Below, one piece after another: positions 37,430-46,800 of a stretch of 47,217 nt of DNA. The notes under the pieces were generated by a model that was not told where the DNA came from, made no database searches, and saw only the letters and a list, made by a program, of their open reading frames with translations. Made by a program: the position numbers and the translations under genes. The first letter of the stretch is position 1; every line of letters begins with the position of its first letter. The stretch is taken from contig JBMYOQ010000028.1 in assembly GCA_049599475.1 (NCBI GenBank), forward strand, positions 1 to 47,217, in the 5' to 3' direction. This stretch comes from Opitutales bacterium. Its GTDB lineage: Bacteria; Verrucomicrobiota; Verrucomicrobiia; Opitutales; JABSRG01.

Positions 37430-38506
37430 CTATTTATAAAATCCCCCGCCAAGGAGGCAGTCGCCATCATAAAACGCCACGACCTGACCGGAGGCGAGCG
37501 CGCGTTGTGGCTCGTCGAACTCTATTGTCGCCGTGCGATCTCCAGTGGGCGTATACGTGATCGGAGTCGACGGGTCCCGGTAGCGGGCTTTCGCAAGCAT
37601 ACGACACGGCGATTCTATCATAGAATTCGCGTAGTGAATATTCACTACATCCATCGTCTTCTGCCACAAACCGTCAGCTGAAGGCGCATCGAAAGCTACT
37701 TGCAAGGTATTGCTTTCGTAGTCTTTTTCCACGACAACGTACGCTTTATTATCAGTATTGGATGGTACACCAATACCTTTGCGCTGCCCGAGCGTATAGC
37801 GATGCAAGCCACGGTGCTCTCCGACAGTCTTCCCAAGGTGATTCACAATGGGTCCCGGCTGATCCTCGATAAACTGCCCAAGGAAGTCATTGATACGCAC
37901 CTCTCCGAGGAAGCAAATTCCCTGACTATCCCGCTTGTTCGCATTAGGAAAATTCTGCTCCTGGGCGATCTCACGCACACGCGGTTTTTCGAGGTTACCT
38001 ATCGGGAAGCGGCCACGCTCAATTTGCTGCTGATTGAGGAGCGCAAGAAAGTAAGATTGGTCTTTATTCTTGTCTAGCCCCTCCAACAGGTCAGAGGAAC
38101 CGTCCGCATTTTTCCGGCTTCGGCAATAGTGCCCTGTAGCGATTGCACCAAAACCGTTAGCAAGCGCCCACTTAAGGAAGACGCCAAATTTCACCTCCCG
38201 ATTGCACAGCATATCAGGATTCGGCGTCACCCCGCGGCGATACCCCTCGACAAGATAATCGACGACATGGGCGCGATATTCATCCACCAGATTGATCACT
38301 TCATAATCTATCCCGAGCTGCTCGGAAACGGCGCGTCCATCATCAATATCTTGCTGTGCCGGACAGCGCCCAAACACGTCAGATTCATTCATCCACACCT
38401 TAATATAGGCCGCAGACACATCATAGCCTTGCTCCTTGAGCAAATAGGCAGCAACACTGCTGTCCACACCGCCCGACATGCCTACTAGTATTTTCTCTGA
38501 CCCCAT
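37430..38506 (-). CDS. mnmA: tRNA-specific 2-thiouridylase
   Basis: [50 protein letters not shown]. Confidence 0.97.
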   Translation of the reverse strand: MGSEKILVGMSGGVDSSVAAYLLKEQGYDVSAAYIKVWMNESDVFGRCPAQQDIDDGRAVSEQLGIDYEVINLVDEYRAHVVDYLVEGYRRGVTPNPDMLCNREVKFGVFLKWALANGFGAIATGHYCRSRKNADGSSDLLEGLDKNKDQSYFLALLNQQQIERGRFPIGNLEKPRVREIAQEQNFPNANKRDSQGICFLGEVRINDFLGQFIEDQPGPIVNHLGKTVGEHRGLHRYTLGQRKGIGVPSNTDNKAYVVVEKDYESNTLQVAFDAPSADGLWQKTMDVVNIHYANSMIESPCRMLAKARYRDPSTPITYTPTGDRTATIEFDEPQRALASGQVVAFYDGDCLLGGGFYK

Positions 38507-38622
38507 CCCTCAACCCTAACACGTATGACTTTCGCGTCAATCATGCGAAGAATCGCAAAAATCATTCAGAATTTTACGTTACTGACGTTGCGAATAAGCA
38601 CTCCAAGTGAGAATCTACTATC

Positions 38623-41079
38623 ATGAAAATAAGCAGGAAGCGTAAAATTTCCAGTGTCCTCTGGGCCAACGACCGGAGCGGCAAGGTCTATTTGACCCGT
38701 GACTGGAAAGCAACCGACAGCCTGCCCCCTCTATATTTAGGCTACGCACACGCTCCTTTGGCGAGTCTCAGCCGAGAGGACCCTGTAAAATTCGGCGAAA
38801 GAGCTCACTATTTTTACAATAAGCGTTCTTTGCAGTTCATGATCTGCCCAGACGCGATTCCGAACTTCGATCTCAAAAACGACAAAGTCTACCTCGCCGG
38901 ATCCTTCAGCGGATGGACCGAGGCGATGGGAGATGCCGATTGGCAGCTCAAAAAAGAAAAAATCAACGGCAAACTCTGGCTGACAAAACGCGTATCGCGC
39001 CGATGGCTCGGAGATTTTGAACACAAACACGGCCCATTACTTTTCAAATTTCTGACGTCCCGCAATCAGTGGATTAAAATCGATCAAGCTGCTCCCAATC
39101 GCTACCGCGACCCGCGCGGCATTGAGAATTATCGAGTATACCTAGATAAGACCGGGCGCCATGTGTTCAATTTCGACTTTCCCGAGGGACACAAACGCAG
39201 CGATGCCGATGTCATTACATGGTCGACCCCTCAGCACCAAGAAGCGGTAAACCTACCCCCAACCGGAGACTTTTTAAAACTCCATTCTGACGCCCGACTC
39301 GGGCCAATGCCTGGCTCATCCGGCGCCAAATTCCGCATTTTTGCGCCGCGTGCGCAGACGGTGGAAATCATTACTTTCACGAAGCTCGACGAGTCTGACA
39401 AGATAGGCACACAAGCCCAGCGCCAACCCTACGGCATCTGGGAAGTGGAAGTCCCCGAAGTCCAAGAAGGGCACTTCTATTACTATCATATCAACGGAGA
39501 GAATCGCGACGCATCGACCGCCTACGAAGAAGGGTTTAAAATCATCGATCCCTACGCCCTGGCGATGGCATCGGCTACGGGCCCTGGAATCGTTAAATTC
39601 AAAGAATCCATCGATAAATTTGATGACGGCTTCAAGCCTCCCCAATGGCATGACCTCGTGATGATGGAGTGCCATCTGGGAGATATCGTCGAACACGCTC
39701 CCGTATCGAGAGACGACAAAGTGATCCCAGGCTACCGGGAGATGATAGAATTCCTGCAACAGGATAACAACTACATCGAGGCGCTTGGCGTGAATGCCAT
39801 TGAAATCCAGCCGCTTCAGCAAATGGACAAGGTCAAACCCCAGCGCTACCACTGGGGCTACATGACCGTGAACTACTTCTCTCCGGAAAGCTCTTATGCC
39901 ATCTCACCCGAGGCGGGCTCGCAGATCAAGGAGATGCAGGAACTCGTTAAGACTGCACACAGCAAGGGCCTATCAGTCATCCTAGACGTCGTCTACAACC
40001 ATGTCGGTGAACCCAACTTTCTATACTTCGTCGACAAGCTCTACTACTTCGAGACCGACCCGAATTTCAACCTGATGAACTGGAGCGGCTGCGGGAACGA
40101 CCTACGCTGCGGAGCGCCCATGGTGAAGCGCCTGATCATCGACAGCCTTATCCACTGGATCGAGTATTTAGGCGTCGACGGCTTCCGTTTCGACCTCGCA
40201 GAGCTCATCGGAGTAGATGTCCTGAAAGAAATTGAGGAAGAGCTGAAAAAAGTAAAACCGTCCGTCATCCTTATCGCCGAGCCATGGAGCTTCCGCGGAC
40301 ACATTGGTAGCCAGCTCATGAATACAGGCTACGCATCATGGAATGACGGATACCGAAATTTCGTCTACGAATACGTACTAGCGAAAGGGAACCAAGACGG
40401 CATCAAATACTTCCTCAAGGGATCCCGAAACAACTTTGCCCGCTTCCCAGCTCAGACCGTCAACTACACAGAAAGCCACGACGATCGCTGCTGGCTGGAC
40501 CGCATCACTGAGAATTCAGACAACAACGGCTACCTACCACTGCTCGTCGATCGCCGCCGCACACATCTCATGATGTCCATTCTGATGGTATCAGTCGGCA
40601 TCCCCATGATCGCGGAGGGCCAGGATTTCCTTCGCTCCAAACGAGGCGTCAACAACACCTACCTGCGCGGCGACCTGAACGCCCTGGAATATGATAGGCT
40701 CACAACCTATGCGGCTTCTCACGAGTATACCCGCAACTGGATCCACTTTAGACGTTCACCGAAAGGACATCTACTACGGCTCAACGAACACCCCACCAAC
40801 GAATTCTTCGAAGCCTTCACTGTAGACAACGTTTCCTCCATCGCAATGCTTTACAATGCGAATTTCGAACGCGGTTCTCAGCAACTCCTTTATGCAGTGA
40901 ATCCCCACCACCACGGGGTGCTCATACCCGTTTCAGGCATCCAAGCGCGAAAATTCGTCCAACTGGCCGACCACGAGCGATTCGACGCAAATGGACTAAA
41001 AGCCGCCCTCATTCGCTGGACTCCAGAAGGCATTTGGCTGCCACCCCTGACATGTGGGTTCTGGACCAGCAAAGACTGA
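38623..41079 (+). CDS. GH13 pullulanase/glycogen-debranching enzyme with N-terminal CBM48-like region
   Basis: YHWGY, LDVVYNH, DGFRFDLA (nucleophile), AEPW (acid/base), ESHDD. No signal peptide seen. Confidence 0.88.
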   Translation: MKISRKRKISSVLWANDRSGKVYLTRDWKATDSLPPLYLGYAHAPLASLSREDPVKFGERAHYFYNKRSLQFMICPDAIPNFDLKNDKVYLAGSFSGWTEAMGDADWQLKKEKINGKLWLTKRVSRRWLGDFEHKHGPLLFKFLTSRNQWIKIDQAAPNRYRDPRGIENYRVYLDKTGRHVFNFDFPEGHKRSDADVITWSTPQHQEAVNLPPTGDFLKLHSDARLGPMPGSSGAKFRIFAPRAQTVEIITFTKLDESDKIGTQAQRQPYGIWEVEVPEVQEGHFYYYHINGENRDASTAYEEGFKIIDPYALAMASATGPGIVKFKESIDKFDDGFKPPQWHDLVMMECHLGDIVEHAPVSRDDKVIPGYREMIEFLQQDNNYIEALGVNAIEIQPLQQMDKVKPQRYHWGYMTVNYFSPESSYAISPEAGSQIKEMQELVKTAHSKGLSVILDVVYNHVGEPNFLYFVDKLYYFETDPNFNLMNWSGCGNDLRCGAPMVKRLIIDSLIHWIEYLGVDGFRFDLAELIGVDVLKEIEEELKKVKPSVILIAEPWSFRGHIGSQLMNTGYASWNDGYRNFVYEYVLAKGNQDGIKYFLKGSRNNFARFPAQTVNYTESHDDRCWLDRITENSDNNGYLPLLVDRRRTHLMMSILMVSVGIPMIAEGQDFLRSKRGVNNTYLRGDLNALEYDRLTTYAASHEYTRNWIHFRRSPKGHLLRLNEHPTNEFFEAFTVDNVSSIAMLYNANFERGSQQLLYAVNPHHHGVLIPVSGIQARKFVQLADHERFDANGLKAALIRWTPEGIWLPPLTCGFWTSKD

Positions 41080-41129
41080 GCATACATTCGGTAGTTGCTA
41101 TAGAGCCCAAAGACATTTGAAACATGTGA

Positions 41130-41450
41130 ATGTCCGAAAATCCTCTCGTAAGCCTCACCTATAGCCTATCTGAGGAAGATCTACGCCTCAAAGCTTGGCT
41201 GGGCGACGCCGTTCTCGGCCTTTTCGTTCGCAAAAAAATCGCCACACTCCAAGGCAAAATCAATACCCCCGCTTTCATCGAAGCGACCTCCAACCAATTC
41301 CTGTCCTCACTGGGCTCACCCACCCGCGTTGAGGCTCAAATCGGTATTATATATAGTAGGGACGGAATCGATGCAGCTGAATCATTTCTAGAATCAGAAA
41401 TTTGGCCTCGAGCGGAGAAGCGCATATTGAAATTGAATGCGAAACACTAA
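41130..41450 (+). CDS. Minimal RNase III-domain protein (Mini-III-like)
   Basis: AWLGDAVLGLFVR...SNQFL...PTRVEAQIGIIY matches the RNase III/Mini-III motifs. No dsRBD. Confidence 0.65.
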   Translation: MSENPLVSLTYSLSEEDLRLKAWLGDAVLGLFVRKKIATLQGKINTPAFIEATSNQFLSSLGSPTRVEAQIGIIYSRDGIDAAESFLESEIWPRAEKRILKLNAKH

Positions 41451-41455
41451 GGCCA

Positions 41456-42175
41456 ATGGAACCCCCTGCTAAAACCAACGCCATCGAGCCTTCCACGCTT
41501 TATCTGGTAAGCACACCCATCGGCAACCTTGGGGACATGACCCCGCGCGCACTCGATGTCCTGAGACACGCCGACAGCATCTTGTGCGAAGATACACGCG
41601 TCACCGGAAAACTGCTCGCAGCCTTTGAAATCGAGGGCAAGAGCCTAATCAGCTATCGAGACGAAACCGAGAAGCGCGACGCACCCCGTTGGGTCGAAGA
41701 GCTAAAGTCTGGCAAATCCTTAGCACTCGTAGCAGATGCAGGCACCCCCACCCTCAGCGATCCGGGCTTCCGCCTTGTCAGACTGTGCCGCAAGGAAGAG
41801 CTCAATGTTGTACCCGTCGCAGGCGTATCGGCAGCGATCGCAGCCCTCTCAGCATCGGGGCTCCCCAGCGACGCATTCTTTTTCGCAGGATTCCTCGCCC
41901 CGAAGACTGCGGCGCGCAAACGATTCTTTGAAGAACACAAAGACTTCCCACACACCATCATCCTTTATGAGTCTGTCCACAGGGTCGGGAAATGCCTCGA
42001 CGACATGCTGGCAACCCTGGGAGAAGAACGCGTAATCTGCGTGGCCCGTGAGCTGACCAAGAAATTTGAGACAATTTTAAGCGGCCCCGCCGGAAAAGTA
42101 CGTGACGCAGTGGCCCGCCGTAGTCAAAAAGGTGAATTCGTCATACTGATAGCTAAGAATGGATTTGAGCTTTGA
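41456..42175 (+). CDS. rsmI: 16S rRNA (cytidine1402-2'-O)-methyltransferase
   Basis: LYLVSTPIGNLGD, CEDTR, DAGTPTLSDPG, YESVHR, ARELTKKFE, KGEF. ATG 41456 chosen. Confidence 0.95.
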   Translation: MEPPAKTNAIEPSTLYLVSTPIGNLGDMTPRALDVLRHADSILCEDTRVTGKLLAAFEIEGKSLISYRDETEKRDAPRWVEELKSGKSLALVADAGTPTLSDPGFRLVRLCRKEELNVVPVAGVSAAIAALSASGLPSDAFFFAGFLAPKTAARKRFFEEHKDFPHTIILYESVHRVGKCLDDMLATLGEERVICVARELTKKFETILSGPAGKVRDAVARRSQKGEFVILIAKNGFEL

Positions 42176-43139
42176 TCTAAAAACCGAGGGCAACGCAGCA
42201 GTCGTCGGTGTTATTGATATCGGGAGCAACTCGATAAAGAGTCTCGTCGCCAAGCGCGACGCGGATGGCTTTCCCGCAGAAATTCACAACAAGACCGAGG
42301 AAACGCGCCTCAGCGGAGGTATTTCAGGCAATCCTCCCTACATCTGTGAAGACACTATTCTTGCCGGAGTCGATTCGATCAAGCACCTCCTCAAGGACAT
42401 GAAGCCCTACAAGCCGGAGAGCATCCAACTCGTGGCAACAAGCGCCGTCCGCGATGCAGCAAACCGCGATCAGTTCGCCGAAGCCATCTTCAAGAAAACG
42501 GGACACGCTCTAAGAGTTCTATCCGGGGAAGAGGAAGCCCTCGGAATCGCCGCAGGCCTTCAGTCCGACCCCGCTTTTCGTAGTGAGACCGATCTGTCCG
42601 TTTTCGACATCGGGGGCGGAAGCCTTGAACACATCGACTTCCAATCGGGCCAAATCGACCACGCCGTCTCTACAGAGCTCGGCGCCGTGCGGATGACTCA
42701 GCGTTTCATCGCAAACCCCAAAAAACCCGTCGTTGAAGCCGAAATAGCTGCCATTCGTGAGCACACTTTTAAAGTCCTCAGAGAGGCGGATGTCAGCCCA
42801 AAGATCACCGGAAAAGCCGTAGGCACTGGAGGCGGCTTCACAATCTCACGGCGCATCTTAGCGAAGCGCATCGGGAAGAAGACATCTCAGGTTTCACCCA
42901 TCATAGGTGTCGCACAACTCCGCGAAATTTTCGACAAACTGGCGCCCTTAAGCTGGAGTGACCGCAAGGCGATCAAGGGACTACCGAAAGCGCGTGCCGA
43001 TATATATCCGGCTGCAGCGGCAACACTGCTTGCGCTTGCTGAATACCTCCAAGTCGAGGAATTCTATCACTCTTTCTACAACCTCCGTTTCGGAGTCGCA
43101 CGCCTCATGATGGCAGGCGAACCGAGCGAAACGCGCTAG
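42159..43139 (+). CDS. ppx: Ppx/GppA-family phosphatase (short form, no HD domain)
   Basis: IDIGSNS, ATSAVRDAAN, LSGEEEA, DIGGGSLE, GTGG, RADI. Confidence 0.88.
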   Translation: MDLSFDLKTEGNAAVVGVIDIGSNSIKSLVAKRDADGFPAEIHNKTEETRLSGGISGNPPYICEDTILAGVDSIKHLLKDMKPYKPESIQLVATSAVRDAANRDQFAEAIFKKTGHALRVLSGEEEALGIAAGLQSDPAFRSETDLSVFDIGGGSLEHIDFQSGQIDHAVSTELGAVRMTQRFIANPKKPVVEAEIAAIREHTFKVLREADVSPKITGKAVGTGGGFTISRRILAKRIGKKTSQVSPIIGVAQLREIFDKLAPLSWSDRKAIKGLPKARADIYPAAAATLLALAEYLQVEEFYHSFYNLRFGVARLMMAGEPSETR

Positions 43140-43234
43140 AATACGTAATTTTACGTAGCAGTCTGCAGGGATCACCCGATGGGAGGTTTCGCGCAGGTAG
43201 GGTAATATCTCCCACTAATAACCCACCTGCCATC

Positions 43235-43741
43235 ATGCTTACACGATACCTGCCAATCATCGCGTTCGTATACGCCACCTTCGTAGCGGTTTCCTTCTCA
43301 TATGCGGGAAGCTCCGTTATTTCTATTGACGATATTCGCAAAGAACTCCGCCCATACGGACTCCACCAAATCGAATTCACGAGCACCGAATATTACGTCC
43401 CAAGCTACCGCTGGACCTATCGCGAGTTCATGCCCTTCTATAAAGACTACCTGAGAACGAGTCGTGCTCGCTATCAGGACGAAGGGGTCGACTGCGACAA
43501 TTTCTGCATTTTTTTCCAGTCCGCACTGTTCCAACGCAAAGTGCAGCTGGGTCATGAATACGCCGGCAATTCAGCCGCCGGGATCATGTATTGCGATGTC
43601 GGGCCACGGCAAAGCATCCGACACGTCATTATCATCATTCGCACAGACAAAGGCTGGTTCGCCGTTGAAGCCGAAAACGGGAAGGTCATGACGCTGAAAA
43701 AATATCTGCGATTCAACAAGCCGATCCGCGCAATTTTCTAA
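43235..43741 (+). CDS. Secreted papain/transglutaminase-like cysteine hydrolase domain (MOA agglutinin C-terminal-like)
   Basis: Signal peptide ending SYA. DCDNF, RHVII and WFAVEAENG give a candidate Cys-His-Glu triad. Confidence 0.6.
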   Translation: MLTRYLPIIAFVYATFVAVSFSYAGSSVISIDDIRKELRPYGLHQIEFTSTEYYVPSYRWTYREFMPFYKDYLRTSRARYQDEGVDCDNFCIFFQSALFQRKVQLGHEYAGNSAAGIMYCDVGPRQSIRHVIIIIRTDKGWFAVEAENGKVMTLKKYLRFNKPIRAIF

Positions 43742-43767
43742 TCCAATATTCGACAACGTGGCAGGTT

Positions 43768-43833
43768 GTAGCCCCCGCCAGCAGAAGCCCCACATCAACC
43801 TCTAGGTCTTCGCTTGCGGGGGCTCCTATTTTT
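43768..43833 (+). repeat. GC-rich stem-loop (REPIN-like element or terminator)
   Basis: GTAGCCCCCGCCAGCAGAAG ... CTTCGCTTGCGGGGGCTCCTATTTTT. Arms 43770-43787 and 43808-43824. Confidence 0.45.
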
Positions 43834-44003
43834 CAGGATTCATTACAACTCTGACAAAGCGCCTGGCTGCTAAACCCAAATTAAGCTCCTAGCTCATCGG
43901 TGTTTTTTTCTAAGCAAATGGTAATTAGGAAACTTATTCGTTTGATAATGGTCATAAACTGACGAACTTCCTGAAGCACCCATTTTATTAAACCCGAATC
44001 ACT

Positions 44004-44549
44004 ATGAGCATTTTAAAAGTTTCATCAGTATCCATACTCGCTCTGGCCACTATTTTCGGCACAGGCTGTGAATCTACCGGCGAAAACACACAAAAAGGCG
44101 CCGGCGCTGGCGCTGTCATCGGCGGTATCGTAGGCGGCATCATCGGGCACCAATCAGGACGCGGCCTGGAAGGTGCAGCTATCGGGGCAGGTGGCGGAGC
44201 CCTCCTCGGTGGAGCGGTAGGAAATTCTAAAGATAAAGAAGAAACTCAGCGCCGCATCGATGCTCAGAATCGCCGCCAGACTGAGATCGAACTGGCTCGC
44301 ATTGAAGCCGAACAGAAACGCCTCGAACAGGAGCGCGCCACCGCAGTCGCCGTTGCCCAGGGTTATGAAACCACAGACGATGAGATCTTAAAAGCACGAC
44401 AAGAGGCCGCCCGCATCGAAGCTGAAGTAGCTCGTGTCAAAAAAGAACGCGCCGAGGCACTCGCTCGTCAACAAGAGCTCGAAGCTGCCGAACGTCGCCG
44501 GAAAGCCGCGGAAGAAGAACTGGCTCGCCTACAAACCGAGACTTTCTAA
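44004..44549 (+). CDS. Glycine-zipper lipoprotein with coiled-coil C-terminus
   Basis: Lipobox GTGC, GAGAGAVIGGIVGGIIG/GAAIGAGGGALLGGAVG zipper, E/R/A-rich heptad tail. Confidence 0.85.
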   Translation: MSILKVSSVSILALATIFGTGCESTGENTQKGAGAGAVIGGIVGGIIGHQSGRGLEGAAIGAGGGALLGGAVGNSKDKEETQRRIDAQNRRQTEIELARIEAEQKRLEQERATAVAVAQGYETTDDEILKARQEAARIEAEVARVKKERAEALARQQELEAAERRRKAAEEELARLQTETF

Positions 44550-44573
44550 CACGAGACCACATTTTTTTCATCG

Positions 44574-44601
44574 AGCGGCCTCCCCCTGGAGGTCGTTTTT
44601 T
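44574..44601 (+). terminator. Intrinsic terminator
   Basis: AGCGGCCTCC-CCCT-GGAGGTCGTT followed by a T run. Confidence 0.65.
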
Positions 44602-44692
44602 ATTGGATAAATAGCAATCTACAAGCTCTGCACTTGACAGAAGCTCTCCAAGTCTTCTCTATCGTGCGCTTTTCACCAAAGAATTTCGAAAC

Positions 44693-44992
44693 ATGGCACT
44701 TAAAATCAGACTCCAACGAGGAGGCACAACACACCGTCCACGCTACCGTGTTGTTGTGGCAGAAGCATCTGCGCGCCGCGATGGCCGTTTTGTAGAAATC
44801 GTGGGCCAGTACAACCCACAAGCCCGCGGACAAGAGCTCGAGCTCAACCTCAAGCTGGATCGCATCGACTACTGGGCAAGCGTAGGCGCTAAGCCAACTG
44901 ACACCGCGCGCACGCTCATCAACCGCTACCGCCGCGAGAATCCAGCCGTCGAAGCTGCTGCAGAAACCGCAGCGGAAGCGACTGCCGAGTAA
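44693..44992 (+). CDS. rpsP: 30S ribosomal protein S16
   Basis: LKIRLQRGG..HRPRYRVVVAEA..RRDGRFVE..GQYNP, GAKPTDT. Confidence 0.97.
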   Translation: MALKIRLQRGGTTHRPRYRVVVAEASARRDGRFVEIVGQYNPQARGQELELNLKLDRIDYWASVGAKPTDTARTLINRYRRENPAVEAAAETAAEATAE

Positions 44993-45014
44993 ACGAGCTT
45001 CTCGAACAATTTCC

Positions 45015-45049
45015 AAAGGGCGCTGTTTAACAAAACACGCCCTTTTTTT
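45015..45049 (+). terminator. Intrinsic terminator-like hairpin between rpsP and trmD
   Basis: AAAGGGCG-C-TGTTT ... AAACA-CGCCC followed by T7. Confidence 0.65.
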
Positions 45050-45069
45050 GGCGATACATCTAAGCATCC

Positions 45070-45765
45070 ATGGCAGCCCAACTCGAAATAGAGCTTCTCA
45101 CTCTTTTCCCAGGCATGCTTCGAGGGTTTCTCGAGGAAAGCATCTTGGGCCGAGCAATCTCTAATGGGCTAATCGAGATGAGAGCCCACAACATTCGCGA
45201 CTGGGCCACGGGTAAACACAACATCACCGACGATCGCCCATTCGGCGGCGGTGCTGGCATGGTGATGAAGCCCGAGCCGATTTTCGATGCCTTCGATGAG
45301 CTCAAGCGCCCCGACAGCCTGGGCATATATATGTCTCCGGACGGGATTCCACTCAGCTCAGACTGGGTGAGATCCGTCACGACAGGTGAAAATCCCCGGC
45401 GTCACATGATTATTCTCAGCGGTCACTATGAAGGCGTCGACCAGCGCGTGCGCGACCAACTCATCGATTTGGAGATTTCTATAGGGGATTATATCCTCAC
45501 AAATGGCACTTTGGCGGCCGTCGTACTGGCAGATGCGCTCTGTCGCTACATTCCAGGTGCATTAGGTGAAGAAAACAGCTTGACGCAGGATGCCTTCAAC
45601 GACAATCTCCTCTCTTTTCCTCAATACACGCGTCCTGCTGTGTATCGCGAAATGGGAGTGCCAGACGTTCTAATGTCAGGAAACCACGCGAAAATAGCAA
45701 CCTGGCGCCAGCAACAGCGCGAGGAAAAAACCCGCAAATTACGACCCGATTTATTTAACTCATAA
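45070..45765 (+). CDS. trmD: tRNA (guanine37-N1)-methyltransferase
   Basis: TLFP, DDRPFGGGAGMVMKPEP, GHYEGVDQR, SIGDYIL, PQYTRP, SGNH. Confidence 0.97.
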   Translation: MAAQLEIELLTLFPGMLRGFLEESILGRAISNGLIEMRAHNIRDWATGKHNITDDRPFGGGAGMVMKPEPIFDAFDELKRPDSLGIYMSPDGIPLSSDWVRSVTTGENPRRHMIILSGHYEGVDQRVRDQLIDLEISIGDYILTNGTLAAVVLADALCRYIPGALGEENSLTQDAFNDNLLSFPQYTRPAVYREMGVPDVLMSGNHAKIATWRQQQREEKTRKLRPDLFNS

Positions 45766-45775
45766 CTTTTTCGCC

Positions 45776-46156
45776 ATGAACGGCATCATCGACGAAATCA
45801 CCAAAGAACAGCTTCTTCCAGAGCGCGACCAATTCAAGGTCGGCGATGGAGTCCGCGTGCACACCAAAGTACGTGAAGGTGACAAAGAGCGTATCCAAAT
45901 TTTCGCTGGAATCGTAATTTCTCGCAAGGGCCACGGCATCCACGAGTCATTCACCGTCCGCCGCATCGCATCAGGCGTAGGCGTAGAGCGCGTATTCCCA
46001 GTAAACTGCCCAAACATCGACAAAGTAGAGATCGACCGCGAGTCCATCACTATGCGTGCCCGTATGTATTACATGCGCGACCGTATCGGTAAAGCTGCCA
46101 ACCAAGTTAAGGAACGCCGCGTATACGAAGCAAAGCGCCGCGTCGTTGCTAAGTAA
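45776..46156 (+). CDS. rplS: 50S ribosomal protein L19
   Basis: [48 protein letters not shown]. Confidence 0.97.
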   Translation: MNGIIDEITKEQLLPERDQFKVGDGVRVHTKVREGDKERIQIFAGIVISRKGHGIHESFTVRRIASGVGVERVFPVNCPNIDKVEIDRESITMRARMYYMRDRIGKAANQVKERRVYEAKRRVVAK

Positions 46157-46175
46157 TTTTCAACCGAGCTGCACA

Positions 46176-46301
46176 ATGAAAGTCTCTAGTTCTATCAAGA
46201 CACTCAAGAACCGCCACCCCGACTGCCAAGTTGTCCGTCGTAAAGGTCGCGTATATGTAATCAATAAAACGAATCCTCGTTTTAAAGCACGCCAAGGCTA
46301 A
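46176..46301 (+). CDS. rpmJ: 50S ribosomal protein L36, type B (zinc-independent)
   Basis: [41 protein letters not shown] from ATG 46176. Confidence 0.95.
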   Translation: MKVSSSIKTLKNRHPDCQVVRRKGRVYVINKTNPRFKARQG

Positions 46302-46322
46302 TTTTTTAGAGGACCACCTGCC

Positions 46323-46571
46323 GTGAAAACAGACATTCACCCAAAAACTTTTCCTGCAGCTTACGTAGACGTTTCTACCGGCCGCAAATTTCTGACCACC
46401 TCGACTCAGCGCTCACAAAAGCAAGAGACTATCGACGGTGTTGAATACCAAGTGTTCGTCGTAGACATCACTTCAGATTCACACCCGATCTTCACAGGTG
46501 AAAAGCGCTTCGTCGACACTGCTGGTCGCGTTGAGAAATTCCAACAAAAGTTCGGCCGTCGTCGCCGCTAA
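46323..46571 (+). CDS. rpmE: 50S ribosomal protein L31, type B (zinc-independent)
   Basis: MKTDIHP...DITSDSHPIFTGEKRFVDTAGRVEKF, no Cys. GTG start. Confidence 0.95.
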   Translation: MKTDIHPKTFPAAYVDVSTGRKFLTTSTQRSQKQETIDGVEYQVFVVDITSDSHPIFTGEKRFVDTAGRVEKFQQKFGRRRR

Positions 46572-46603
46572 GCGTCGGAATAAAGCATTCATTTTAAAAA
46601 TAC

Positions 46604-46638
46604 ACCGCTCTTGCTACACGGCAGAGCGGTATTTTTTT
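46604..46638 (+). terminator. Intrinsic terminator after rpmE
   Basis: ACCGCTC-TTGC ... GCA-GAGCGGT followed by ATTTTTTT. Confidence 0.75.
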
Positions 46639-46800
46639 GATAAACTCTCGGTTAACCCAGGCTGTTCATTGACTTTTACAAAAGAATCGCCGACGTTCGC
46701 CAAAGCTATCAGCTTGCTGGTAACTCGGACAGCTCGTGTCTCAGCGCCATTGTGCCGGACTGTCGTTTTAAACAATGGCGTTTTCGTAAATCAGTAATTA

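Noticed and set aside
46588..46603. TTCATTTTAAAA after rpmE, matching part of the GbsR-type palindrome
   Set aside because: The second half-site (TGAA) is absent and the sequence sits in a terminator region.
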